From Chrysomallon squamiferum (taxonomy: Eukaryota; Animalia; Mollusca), in the NCBI GenBank assembly GCA_012295275.1, contig CM022665.1, positions 36,704,001-36,768,000 on the forward strand: DNA of 64,000 bases, in the 5' to 3' direction. A model generated the notes under the pieces. That model had not been told where the DNA came from and did not search any database. It was given only the letters and a program-made list of their open reading frames with translations. Of this stretch, positions 42,711 through 56,596 are shown piece after piece (the first letter of the stretch is position 1; every line of letters starts with the position of its first letter). Position numbers and translations under genes: made by a program.

Positions 42711-43160
42711 TTATCTTTAGCAACTTGTCGTTTAAATCTGGCGGTCTAACAATGAAATGGGCTCAGCTGTTTTTTAATTCAATTTTAGTTTGTTAAATAG
42801 ATGAATATTTCGTTTCGAACAAAATTTATATGAAAGTGCGGACGTGTCTACATAATCATGTCACTACTTTTATATGCAGAGCTGCCCATTACTTTCTTCA
42901 AGGCAACGAGTCATTTGAATGACGTGTTCGAAAAACGCAACAGCTTACTCCTCTTATCAGTTTCAGTCAAGTCAATGAACTTGTTGCAAGTCAAGGAATC
43001 GAGAAATTTTATACGAAACTGCGGACATGTCCGTATATTGATACCACTACTTTTATCTTTGAGAACTTGTCACATTTTCCCCGTCTTCTGAAACTTCACA
43101 GATGCAGCGGTCTTATCGTTTTAACTTTAAATCAAGAACTGCTTTAAATTAGACGAACGG
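42350..43160. repeat. Degenerate ~150-240-bp tandem repeat, 4-5 units
   Basis: Anchors tatacgaaaccgcggacatg (~42432), atatgaaaagctgggcatg (~42585), atatgaaagtgcggacgtg (~42828), tatacgaaactgcggacatg (~43010); ttttatctt.agcaact.gtcgtttaaatc at ~42468 and ~42709. Confidence 0.75.
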
Positions 43161-43976
43161 CTCTCCAGAACTGTTGTTAGAAGTGTAATTAACAAAATTA
43201 CTGGCATTTAATTCTTGCATTGAAATTTATCCCGCGTGCTCCGCCATTCTGCTTTTGTTCGCGTTTCTAATCTGACTTCTTCGATCCAGATCACGAAGTG
43301 CATTGATGTAGATATGTTTTCTAGGAGATTTACATCTAGTTATAATCAACTTACCAAAATAATGAAAATTATCTGTATTTTAGTCACTTATTGGATTTAG
43401 TTCGGGTTGCCATTATTGTAATGAAAGAAATCAGAACGTGCACAGAACTAATAAAGACATCAGTTCTTTCAGTTTACTAAAGAGCAAACAATTAACGATA
43501 CTAATTCGGTAATTTACTAAACTACTAAACAACCACAAAATACATTTTGTTGTTAAATATTTTAATTTAGTAACCAGTAATAATAGGATTTCTATCTATC
43601 TTGATTCACCTAATTAGTAATTTGCAATTAATTAATTAAATTATAAACATTAACGACACAATTTCCTAGGTTTAATGATAACAACAGCGATAGTTCAAAT
43701 CTCTATTAATATAACAAACTACAGCATAATCATTTTAGTAAAACGTATAATATAAACCCCGTTCAACGATAATTGTTTACTAAATTATAACCAAAAAAAA
43801 GAACAACATCTCCATATATAAAATTAGTAAAACAAAACTTTTCTTTTGATTATTAAATTAATATCAAGTAATAATATTTTATAATAATTTCTGAAATGTA
43901 GTAAATCTTTAAGATCAGTATTTCTCTATATTGTTTTAATAAATAATTAACTGAAAAAAACAATACCTCTCTATTC

Positions 43977-44014
<38 letters not shown>

Positions 44015-44169
44015 TAATCTCTGTTAATATTTGGAAGTACTAACCAGTAATTATTTGATTAATTTACTAAAACTATAATAAATTACAGCAGAACCACGCT
44101 CTATTAATAATTTACAAATATTGTAATCAGTAGTAACGCTCGGTCTGCGCCATCATCTAATGCTTTTCT

Positions 44170-44172
<3 letters not shown>

Positions 44173-44232
<60 letters not shown>

Positions 44233-44339
44233 TAATTAATTTATTTATTTATTTGTTTGTTTGTTTGTTTGTTTGTTTGTTTGTTTGTTTGTTTGTTTGT
44301 TTGTTTGTTTGTTTGTTTGTTTGTTTGTTTGTTTGTTTG
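44173..44339. repeat. (ATT)n-(GTTT)n compound microsatellite
   Basis: Directly visible. Confidence 0.95.
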
Positions 44340-44639
44340 ACCACCATCACATTCAATTGTATTTACAATAATTACGTATTTTCAAATTATGTACGAAATT
44401 AACCTAAAATGAAACATTTTCTTACGTTATAATCTTACAACGAAAAAACTGATTTTGCAGAAAATAAATTATTGCCGTCAAAAGAGAGAAAAAAAAAATG
44501 TAAACTATGATTTATCAGTAAAACCTGAAGCCTTCGCTTAAGTCAAATTTGCAGTCGTAATATAATTTAGAAACTTTCGCAAACAACAAATTCCCCTTTA
44601 AAAACGTTTTACCTTGCTGTACATAAAAACAACACACAG

Positions 44640-45020
44640 GGAATAACTGATCACTGTCTTATCAGCTTTATCTTGCTCAGCTAAGAATGGCGAATGAAGC
44701 TAGTCTGATATCTTTAGACAGTAAACAGTTATTTCTTTTATACCGCAATCCTAATTAATGTAAAAACTAAATGAAATTAACCGTTTTATTTCTCAACTCA
44801 CCGTTCTTGAGAGCAACAGATACACGCGCACTGATTTCCTTTTCGCCTACAAAATGTTTACATCCGAAACTAAATAGTTCTTAAATAACAGCATTTTATT
44901 TGTTATTTTTTAAATGAAAAAAAGGTTTTCAGGATGGTATTTTAAGATCTAAACTAGCAGATAAAAGCTGAAGAAGTAACTTTGAACAATAAACATGTAA
45001 AAAACAAGTAATTTATAGAA
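44640..45020 (+). mobile_element. Dispersed repeat, copy 2
   Basis: Colinear, diverged copy of 20630-21050. Confidence 0.65.
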
Positions 45021-45355
45021 GGAAAAATAGTTCCGTCCTAACAAGCATTATTTTCGGTCAGTGAAATTTGTCTAGCCATCATATATTACATTATTTTTAA
45101 TGATTTCATGAAAGAATATATTTTGATAATTGAAACTTAGAAAAAGGCAGATACGAAAAATATGGGTTAATGATTACGTGTATGTAATTTTGTCGTCTGA
45201 AATAAGTACGCATTTAAGATATATTTTGTAAAGTAAATAAAACTATTATTAATATTAACATTTTTAGTGCCCAATTCAAACACTGCAGTTATAACCATTC
45301 TTTTACTAATACTTTAATAGTATTTCACAGTGAAGGTATTTTTTCAAATCTGTAA

Positions 45356-45422
<67 letters not shown>

Positions 45423-46219
45423 AATTATATTGGATATATTTATTTATTTATTTATTTTCTTGTTTGTTTGTTTTTTTTTTTATTTACTTACTTTAATTTA
45501 CCTTTATTTTGTTATTTGCATTTCATTTATTTAATATATTCATAGTGTTTATTTACTTATTTATTTATCTCTTTATTTGATTATTTGACCTGACTTTGTT
45601 TTATTTCACTTTATTTTACTTTTATTTATTTTCAAATTTTCATAATTTTTGTTTGTTTTTTATTTATATATTCTTTTATTGTTAATTTCTTTGTTTTTAA
45701 GTCAGTTTACATTTATTACGAATCTTACATACAAATTACCTCTACACGTATGTATGTGTATATATGTACACACACACACACATATATATACACATGCATA
45801 TATAACAAACCACGTATTCACTCACTCATTTACTTACATAATTCTGTTTTAGCTGTTTACACAGCCACTTTCACTATCCTGGATGTTATCAAGCTGTTAT
45901 TAGATACGACAGGAATGAATACAAATCTAAAATATCTTATCCACTCATCAATCTTCTCGTATAATTTACCTGTATCATTGCCCCTTTAAAATACGACAAA
46001 ACACATGTTTAAACGGCGTCTTCATTTTACATATGAATATGGTGAGGCATATTGCGGAGGCAATCTAGAACCGATCTCCACTGACAAAGGTTTATCGTTC
46101 ATTTCCAGTCACTTTGTTGGTGAAAATAGCGATAGTATTGTATTAACACCACCGACACCACAGTGAAACCAACAGTGTGTTCATTGTTCTCTTCAGATTT
46201 TTCATATAATAACTTAGTC

Positions 46220-46262
<43 letters not shown>

Positions 46263-47173
46263 TTTGTGTGTGTGTTTTACTAATAAAATAGCATGCTATT
46301 TTTCCAAACTAAAAAAGACTATTTTAAAACGAAAAAGAAAAGAAAATGCAACAATGTTATTACGTTTTTTTTTTTTTTTAAATCACACTTAAATAATAGT
46401 TAGACTGATTATTGCATTGTTGGTAGTGTGTATGTATTTATTTATTTATTTGTTTATTTATTTATTTGTTTATTTATTTGTTTGTTTGTTTGTTTTGTTT
46501 GTTTTATTTATTTATTTACCTATTATTTATATATTTATTTATTTATTCTTTGTCTAAATTTGTTTATCTGTTAAATAGTCAAGTACGCAACACAGTTTAT
46601 TTGTGTTACATCTGCTAAAGTATTTACGTACGTGCATGCATAGTCATGTATTCATTCACTCATTTACTAACATAAATTCTTCTTTTTTCTATTTTTTTAA
46701 TGTCAGAATTTGAAGTACTCATGTCCATAAAATGAAAAATTTCATAAAAATAATAAATGCAGCAATATTATTTTAATTGATTTAAAAAAAAAAATTAAAT
46801 AAATAAAAAAAAAAAATAAGTAAACAAACAAACAAATAATTTAACGAGATATTACTGCACTTTTTATTTATGTATTTGAAAAAAACAAAAAAAACAACAT
46901 TCTGGACTACTCCCAAAGAATACGCTTCAAACTGACATTTCAGTATTTATTCCAATTTCTTATCATTTGTTTTGCATTCAAAAATGTTTACGAAAGCTTA
47001 AAATAATTCGTAAATATATTATGGAAGTGACTTGGTTTAAAATATCAAAAGATGAAATGTCAAGGAGCGCTATAACTTCGGAAAGTGAATGAAAGAAAAA
47101 TCCTGGTTTCCATGTATTTTCTATCTGTACAAAAATACGTCGGTATGTGTGTCTACGTAATTATAAACATGTA

Positions 47174-47216
<43 letters not shown>

Positions 47217-47650
47217 ATGTGTGTGTGTGTGTTAGTGTGTGTTGTTTATTTAGTAAATATCTCAAATCTACAAAATATTATTTCATTCGTTCTTTAACAA
47301 AACAGAACGAATGTTTGTACGTTACAGAGAACAACAACAAAAAAATAGAATCCCCTGCTGCCAATAGATGCTTCTTTTTCAAGCATAATTATTTCTAAAA
47401 CTATGTCTAATCGTTTTTACACGACTCATTATGACTGAGTTAGATGTTTGTGTACACGATGTTCTCAGCTCGCCCAGTTTTCACTCATTACGTATATGGA
47501 TTACAAGCTTTCTGCCTCATTACGTGATGTTTTCATAGCCCGGACCATGAGTCCCCATTTGTCACGACTGTCATCATTGTCAGTAACATTTCTTCATCTG
47601 ATTCTTTTCACAGTCCCCGTCAGGGGCGTATATGGTGAGGGTTATCACAG

Positions 47651-47775
<125 letters not shown>

Positions 47776-50700
47776 TGAATTGCTATCACAGAATATTATA
47801 CTGTTTCGTTTATTCGTATGTTATTAGTTATTTACCAATTCGTTTTAAACAGCAAGAGTAAGTGCAGAATTAATCCATGTTGGGAAATACATGAGAATAG
47901 TACTCTGAATGTATCTGTTCAAATATAGTAGTCGTAGTAATGGTGTTCGTGTTTGTAGATGTAATAATAGTGGTAATAGTAGCTGTAGTAGTAACAGTAG
48001 CAGTTAGTGGTACTTGTTGTACTAGCAGTGGCAGTAGTAGTAGCGGTAGCTATAGTAGTAGTAATAGTAGCAACAACGATGGTATGTGTAGTAGTCCTAG
48101 TAGCAATGGCAATAGTAATGGTAGTGGTGGTAGAAGTAGTAGTAGTAATAACTAAAAATAATCGTAGAATGTGTAATAGTAGAAGTAATATTAGTAGTAT
48201 TTTTCTGTTCAGTTTTTTGGTGGGTTTTGTTTTGATTCGTTTTCGTCCTGTTTGTTTTTGTTGTTGTTGTTGTTGTTTTTTATTTGGGTTTTTCTTACTT
48301 ATATAAAAGTAGTCAGATCGCTCTTAATTATTAAATTGCAGAAATATATTTTTAAATAACTGAAAGTTGATTTCTTTAGAATTTTAATATATAATTATAA
48401 AATATAATTATTTAAATCATTCTTCTTCTTCTACTTCTTCTTCTTCTTCTTCTAGAATATTCGATAAATCTTTTTCACTTCTTCTTCTTTCTTTTTTTTT
48501 TTTTTTCATTCTGACCCACAAATCGAAGGTTATCATAAGCGAGTCATTTTGTCTTATCGTTTGTGATTTTTCGCTTGCATGATGAAGTGTTTGCTGCATC
48601 TTAAAGCTCTTTATTTCCTCTAGAGTCTGAAAATATCCCCTTGTTTGACAGATCTCATTTTGTTAATAAAAAAGCGAAAAAAAAAGCCGTGAACTTCATA
48701 TTTTATTCAGCGAATATTACAAGAAGAATGACGTCCCAACATGACATTTATTTGGAATTATTTTATAACCGTTCTGTTATTCGTTATGAATTTATATTAC
48801 AACAGTTCTGTGCGATGAATAATGGTTTCTAGGTTCGTACATGAATAACTGTTTTATAGTCTTCTGTGTTTCTATAAATAATGGTATAATAGTTATTTAT
48901 TGACCATTTTCATTTTTTTGGTTTTATTCTGATGACAATCATCCCCTAGATGAAATTTTTATTTTATTATTTTGTTAATTTTTATTTTTTATTTTTTCAG
49001 ACTTCGGGGTTTAAGATGCTGGCTGTTCTCTGTCAGCTTCAGTGTTTTTAATAAACATAGAACAATAATAATAAATAACTGTGAGACAGAGACGAAGAAG
49101 AAGAAGAAGATGCTGGAAGAGGAGGAGGAAGAGAAACATAAATATAACAATACATTGTTGTTTATGATGTTGTTATCGTTATTGTTGTTGTTGTTGCAAA
49201 TATATTATAAATATCATCATCATCTTTTACGTAAATATTTCTCAAGAACATAGAAACACACACACATATTTATTGACATCACCTTTTTTTTGTTTCTGTT
49301 TTCTCTTCAGTTTTAATTCTCACACCTCTCTATATATATCTGTCCTGTCTAATTAGTATTACACGTTTAACTACCCTCACAGATCATAGTATGAGAAACA
49401 TATGTATAAACAGCAACTTGGTTTTTTTCAAACATTCGTTTATAAGCTTGGCTGCTTACATCCTACAATTACTACATGATTAATTTGTTAAACAAGTGAA
49501 GTGACAGCTGTCGCCGTAGTTGTAGCTGATACGACCACATGTGCTGAGACAGACAAAAAACTTAACAATAGGTGGTATTTGTGAGAGGAGGGGGGGGAAA
49601 GAAAGAAGAAACAAATGTGAACCCCACAGAGAAGGAATGAGTAAAGGGACGGGCTAACAAGAGTTGATATGATGACAAAGTAATGTAACTATTTCTAATA
49701 TTACTACTTTATTACTGCTACTACAACTAGTTCTGCAACTACCACACTATTTCTAATATTACTATTATACCTATTTCTGCTGCTATTAAGGCTGATTCCA
49801 CTACTACTGCTACTGCTACATCTGTTATTTCGCATTAATATACGACCAATACTACTGCACCGCCCTTCTACTACTTTTGGTAATGCTTGCTGCTACTACA
49901 TATTATTACTGAAAACAGTAATTAGAAGTAGTAGAAGTATTAGAAGTGATTTAAGCAGCAGTAGTAGTAGTTGTTGTTGTTGCTGTTGTTTTTGTTCTTG
50001 TTGTAGTAGTAGTAGCAGCAGCAGCAGTGGTGATGGTTATAGCAATATTATAAAATGGTGATAATCTCTGAATCTTCATCATGTTTGTAAGTTTGAGACC
50101 ATTTCGAGCTGTCAGAAACACTGAGCAAAATAAGCAAAGATAATATTGCATTCATTCACTGTGCAAATAAACTGAATTAATATCAAATACTTTATGTAAA
50201 AATCTATTCACAGGTCTTCCCAGCCTTTGTGTGAACATTCCTCCAGTTATTCAAGTATAATCCGGCCGTTCTTGAAAGATCTTTCGCTGAGAAGTGCAAT
50301 ACTTATCAATGTCGGAAATGTCTCAGAAATCGGTATTTCATACTCTCGAGAACACTTCTCCAGTTCACACAAGCCTTACGCCTTGTCATTAGAACTTGTC
50401 ATAGAATGTTCGCTTAATAAAACATAGCAATACACAAGCTCGTATCATTTACAGTAGTGAAGGCCTTCACCCATCATAAACATAAAGCTGCAATTCGCAT
50501 GCAGAATAAGACAATTATGGCCCATGACTTTCAAGATATGAAATCTATTTTTCAAAAAAAGAAAAAAAGAAAAGAATATTAAAAAGAACAAGAAGTAAAA
50601 AAAAACAAAAAAAAAAAAAATTAAATAATTTTTTTTCTTTTTTTTAAATAATAATAATAAAATCGTGCAAAGGATTCCAACGTGTCAAGAGGGTCTTAAC

Positions 50701-50794
50701 AGCCGATTTGGTGAAGACGTGGGATCTCCACACAAAAGACGTCCCCAACGAAGTCGGTGTCCAGTTCCCGTGTTCTTTGTCTGCGTCGTGGGTG

Positions 50795-50938
50795 CTAGTA
50801 AAGCGATGTCTGACGGTCAGCCCGTTTCGCTGCTCTTTGTTGAAGAACGACAGCTGTTTCAGTCGACTCTGTGTCCACAACAATGTCGGCGTATCGAATG
50901 GTGCTTCGATTTTGTTTCGATGTGGTGGCTGGATCTAG
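50795..50938 (-). CDS. Possible terminal exon (frame uncertain)
   Basis: Minus-strand acceptor ccatttcattactacag| into a CpG-rich island. Phase 0 reads LDPATTSKQNRSTIRYADIVVDTESTETAVVLQQRAAKRADRQTSLY*. Another frame stays open to 50644. Confidence 0.4.
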   Translation of the reverse strand, partial: LDPATTSKQNRSTIRYADIVVDTESTETAVVLQQRAAKRADRQTSLY

Positions 50939-51681
50939 CTGTAGTAATGAAATGGTAAAATAACACCAGGATTCTTCCAAGATATTTCACACCCTCCCAC
51001 GAACATCCGCAAGAAGATTATTTTTTTTTCATACTGAAGTGAAATATATATACTCTGTTCCATTAAAGAGCATTAGTTTTATCCGTTCATCTAAATACTA
51101 AGTTACGTTTTTGTCTCTATAATGTCGTGATGACAAGATAATTAAAGGTACGTCAACTTTGATATGCTTCGTAACATAATGTAAACTTTTAGAACAGATT
51201 TTCAATTTAATATCGCTTAATACCTGGCATTTAGTATACGTGTTGTAGCGTTTCGAAGATCAAGTTAATGTGGAAGTTCGTATACCGATAACAAGTGTCG
51301 ATGCGATTAATCGACGATAACTGTTTATCGATGTCTTTATGAGAAACAAAATAGCAGACGTATTACTAAAGGTTAGTAACAGTGTTCATTTAGTAACAGT
51401 AAAAAATAAACATACTTTGTGTGCTTGTAATTCTTTCTCTTCTAATTGTAATTAATAAGGAGGTGAAAAAAAAAAAAAGAAAGAAAGAAAAAGGAGAAAA
51501 AGGTGGTCTTCACCATTTTTCAACTACCACGCAATGACGTCACACATACGTCTGATAATGTTAGATTTATGTTATAGATAAACGCATACATTTCATATGT
51601 ATATATGTGGGTGTGTGAGTGTGTGTATAAATATATATACATACACACACACATACGTACATATACATACGTACACATATA

Positions 51682-51719
<38 letters not shown>

Positions 51720-52167
51720 CGCATGAATCTAGCCATTCGTATATACACAGAGTTTATTTATTTATTATTCTTTTTCTTTTTTCTAGGAGTCAGTAATTGA
51801 ACATCACCTTAACATGTGAACCAGATTCAGCAAGAAAGGTTCAAATTGTCCTGTGATTTTGATCAGGTACACAATACCACCTCTCTTTCTGCCGCACACA
51901 CACACACACACAACCTGCTATTTGTTTATCGCTAGTACGACTTTTCAGCTAGGCGCTGATAAAATATTTAGATTTCTCCCCGACTACATAGAAATCGTGC
52001 ACACGACAAAGGAAAAGATGCGGAGAAATTAATTTCACCGTTAGAGATAGTGCAACAAACGTCACGTTTGCTTTTCTATTACAAAAGTCGAGAGTGTTCG
52101 GCAGATACGACCCGTGTGTCGGCGCCGCTTTGTCAACATTACTCGTGTTATTTGAATCCAGTATCAC

Positions 52168-52339
52168 CTACTGCTTCTTGACATGTAGTCTCTTCGTTTT
52201 ATAGGTGTGCTCATACAAGCTGATTTGTCTGAACCTTCCTGTTGCATTATCATTTTCCTTAACAAAAACCGTCTTCAGAATAAAGGGAGGTTCATACGTC
52301 CTGATGTGACTAATTCCACCTTCATCCCGTGCTTGTAGC
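52168..52339 (-). CDS. Possible exon (phase 2)
   Basis: Acceptor gtttaatctgacag|. Reads LQARDEGGISHIRTYEPPFILKTVFVKENDNATGRFRQISLYEHTYKTKRLHVKKQ*, or ends at donor CA|gtaggt as a 168-nt symmetric exon (52172-52339). Confidence 0.35.
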
Positions 52340-52797
52340 CTGTCAGATTAAACACCCCAAATTGTTTGATTCCTCCGATATCAAAATTCGTCTTAACAAA
52401 AAAAAATGCTCTCCAGAATGCTCTAGAATTTGAGAGTTTGTTCAAACGTTTTATACGGATTGAATTTAGAATCATCCACTGTTTCATGACATATCGGTTG
52501 TTTGAAACATTGCCATATTCATTTTTCAACTTACAGGAAAAATGAGAGTTAAAGATTTTCAAGTGATCTGTAAAAGAAAAATACGTTCTTTGTCATCCGG
52601 GGTTATTCTTGACTATATTCTTCATTGCAGCATGTTTAAGATAAACCAGTAAGATAAAACACGCTGAGTCAACAATCTCAAAACTGATATTTTTGGACAT
52701 AACAGAGCAGTGCTGTAAGTACTCGATGTATTTACTTCAGTTTAAAAAATCATTCTTGTCAGAAGTGGAAAGGCTGCAAAATCACACCAGATCCATG

Positions 52798-52897
52798 TTT
52801 CCCGTTACAACCAGTGCTCGTCGCTGGTCTGTTGGTTTGTCTTTACTGATATTTGCTGTCTACGGGAAGGTACTTATAAAAGATCTCTAATTGATGC
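52798..52897 (+). mobile_element. Degenerate SINE fragment (same family, opposite orientation)
   Basis: tttcccgttacaaccagtgctc...ctgtctacgggaaggtacttataaaagatctct; its reverse complement aligns with the 19.8- and 26.3-kb copies. Confidence 0.6.
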
Positions 52898-53725
52898 ATG
52901 ATTTTTTCTTTTTCATTTTTTTTTTTTTTTTGGTTTTTCAAATACATACACAGATCGTCCTGTATATGATTAATACATAAATTCTGAATGCAGTTTGTTG
53001 AGAGCAAACTTTGCTTCCCTTATTATAACAAGGAGACAAATGTAAGAAAGAGAGAAACGATTCTATAGTAATTCGATTCGAATTAAGAAATGCTTCTCAA
53101 ACATTTAAAAAAATATATATATCAAGGAAAGCAAAAGTTAAACGGATTACTGTTAAGGACTCTGTGATTTCTCAGCGACATTTACACCTTTCCGCTGTCA
53201 GTTTTTATTCGTGTGCTCTAAAGCTAAATGTACCTTTTACTGTTTGAAAGGGGAGAAAAATGGCATAAACAGAGCATCATTATTCCACTGTTTAGACAAA
53301 CTTTGACCATTTTTATTTCATTTTATTTTATTTTATTTATTTTTTGTTTTTTTTTCATCAAGCAATTTCATAATGAAGACTTGAGTGAATCCATTAAATT
53401 TTTATTTCGAACACTTGTAGCGACAGCGTTGTGCAAATAAAATTCTTTAAAAAAAACAAAAAAACTCTATCATACGATGATATCGTTTTACGAAAAATTA
53501 TCAAAAACTTAGCTCACTAACCGAGTCGCAATTAATGTCGCTTGATTAATGTACACACAGTACAAGGGAAAATGTTTGCTTCTAAATTATGCAGTACGGT
53601 TTTAGACAAATGAAAAGGAAAATAATAACCCTTCCCTAAGGGGCGGATCTAATCAGTGTAACGGGAGACTATTTATTTTAAATGTTTTGGGTCTTTTTTT
53701 TTTTTCTTTTTTTATCTTTTTTTTT

Positions 53726-53756
<31 letters not shown>

Positions 53757-54354
53757 CCCTTCTTTTCCGATTCTGGTAGGTGAAATTTGAGTACATGATT
53801 TATGAAGGCAAACATTACGGATAGGTTCCGTTCTAGAACTCCAAGTGTAACTTCGCTTAGTCAGAATGAACCAAAACACAAATAAATTCAAACAAAAAAA
53901 AAAGAAAAATGGCGTGCTTATTAATACACCACGTGTTTCCACACGGTGGTTACCTCATACTGTCAGAATTTGGTTTGTTTCGACGACAAGGGGGATTTTC
54001 TTTTTCTTCTTCTTCTTCTTCTTTTTTTATTTTCTAATTTTAAATCAAGCTATACAGTATCTGTTGGTTAATAAAGGCTGAAGTTTCATTTATGTTTTCC
54101 AATTCATGTTTTAATAAAAAGACTAGATTAAATATACATAATGGAAGTTAGATTAATACCTAGTTTCCAGATGAAAAAAACATCAAATAGCGTCCAGTGT
54201 CAGGTTAACTCGTAACAGAACGAATTCTTCTCTTCATTATGCGCTTAGTTTAAATTAAGAATACTATTTTGTTTAAAGTACCTTGTTCAAATTACTGCAT
54301 TTATATATAAACATATATATATGTATGTATGTGTCTTGTGTGTGTTTGTGTGTG

Positions 54355-54398
<44 letters not shown>

Positions 54399-55700
54399 CA
54401 CATGTATGTGTTGTGTGTGATTTTTTGTATACACACATACATACAAAACGTGTGTTTTTTCTGAATATTTTATTTGTTTAATTTTCTGTTATTGCTGTTT
54501 TGTTGTTTTTTATTTCTTTGTTCGTTTATTTTGTTTTTGTTTGTTTGTTTATTTGTTTATTTATTTAATTTATTTATTTATTTATTTATTCATTAGTTCA
54601 TTACAGTATTAAAGTTTACTCCTCAAACCTTGTCAATCTGTCTAATTACGATATAAATGATCGTCAGAAAATAGTGATATACATTTTTATTTATTTGTTA
54701 AAATGCAAACGTGAGGAATTTCACGTTCAAATATAGTTGAAGTGATATAAGACATAAAGATCAGATGCAATTTTTATATGCTTTTGACACGTAAAATAAA
54801 TATTAAAATAACATTAATAATAATACATATGATAGCTACAGCAACAGTGATGATGATAGAAATAGTAATAATAATAATAATAATAATACAACAAAAACAT
54901 AATAATGATCATGATGTTACTAAATTATTGTTATTATTATTGCGTTGTTGTTGTTGTTGTTGTTGTTTTCAGCACTGAAATACAAATAATAATGAAAGCA
55001 ACAGAAAACAACAACAACAGTAATTGATGTTGTAGTAGTAACAATAGTAATAATAGAAATAGTAACAGCAGCAGTAGTAACAGCAGCAGTAGTAACAGCA
55101 GCAGTAGTAGTAGCAGCAGCACTAATAGTAGTAGTGGTAGTAGTAGTAGCAATAGTAACGGTAGTAGTAGCTTTTGTAGTAATAGCAGTAGTAGTATAGC
55201 ATTAGTAGTAGTAGGAGCAGTAGTGGTATATTAGTAGTAGTAGCAGTAGTACTAGTTGCTGTAGCAGTAATACTAATACTAACTTCACCAATAAGAAACA
55301 CAGCTGACCCAGTGAGCATATTTAATATCACAAACATTTTCAAACAGATTTAAATCCAAATATGATTTGTTTAAATTCTTACTTTTTATATTTTTCATTC
55401 TTCGAAAAGACACGTTCACTCTTCGTAGCACAATTAACGACTAAAATAAACAAATACGTTTTGTTTATTTTTATTATTATTACAATCAATGTGATTAACA
55501 TCATCTTCTCCTATTACGTCTACGTTTACAGGTAAAACGAAAACAGCTGCAACTACTGGCATAACATAATCAAAAATGAATGCACTTTCCAAGTGTATAC
55601 CATGCACATTCGCCCTTTTATTCGCAATAGTCCGCACAGTTGTGCGTCGACAATGGGTTCAGAACAGACCATATTTCATTATGACAATCCCACAGAATTT

Positions 55701-55704
<4 letters not shown>

Positions 55705-55787
<83 letters not shown>
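55705..55787. repeat. (AG)n microsatellite
   Basis: Directly visible. Confidence 0.97.
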
Positions 55788-55790
<3 letters not shown>

Positions 55791-56472
55791 AAATACAGAG
55801 TCGTTTTATTATCTTAGTAATTAAGTGTTATTGCTTGTATTTTTGGATTTTATCACCGAGCTTTTTATACGCACTTCACAACATTTTAAACTAATTATAG
55901 CGTATTATTATTATTATTTTTGTTTGTTTGTTTGTTTGTGTTTGTTTGTTTGTTTGTTTATTTACTTGATTACTTGTTTTATTTATTTATTTATTTATTT
56001 ACTTGTTTGTTTGTTTGTTTATATATTTACATATTTGTTATTTGTTTGATTATTTGTTTTGAGAATATCGTAATTATTTATTTGTGCACACACACATTTA
56101 TACATTTATTGTTTGCTTTTGTTATTTTATTATTTTTATTTTATTTTATTTTTTTATTTTTTTTTTTTTTTCTTTTTTTTCTTCATATAGTTTATATTCC
56201 ATTTATAGGTATACTCGATGGTTTTAGTGTTAATGTACGTGTTTGTCAATGCATGAATTTATCTTTAGAAAGAAATGAAATACAAATGTGCGCAACAAAG
56301 TTTTATTTATTCATTTTCTACAACATTACGATCTAATAATTCAGATTACAGGTACCAGTAAAAGATATTTTTTATTCATGTTTTAATATATGAAAGAAAA
56401 TGAACACAGATACCTTATCAAATTAAAACTGTTCCCTTAATAGTATAGAAAATATGTGCATGTGTGGTTGGC

Positions 56473-56476
56473 GAGA

Positions 56477-56557
<81 letters not shown>

Positions 56558-56596
56558 TGTGTGTGTGTGTGTGTGCGTGCGTGTGTGCGTGCGTGT
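56473..56596. repeat. (AG)n-(GT)n compound microsatellite
   Basis: Directly visible. Confidence 0.95.

Noticed and set aside
52275-52345. GYKHGMKVELV resembling an MBT-repeat GMKLE motif
   Set aside because: The frame stops shortly after and the other MBT residues are absent.
53780-53824. Plus-strand mini-exon VKFEYMIYEGKHYG* after a poly-T tract
   Set aside because: Only 14 codons, the acceptor is supplied by a homopolymer run, and there is no partner exon.
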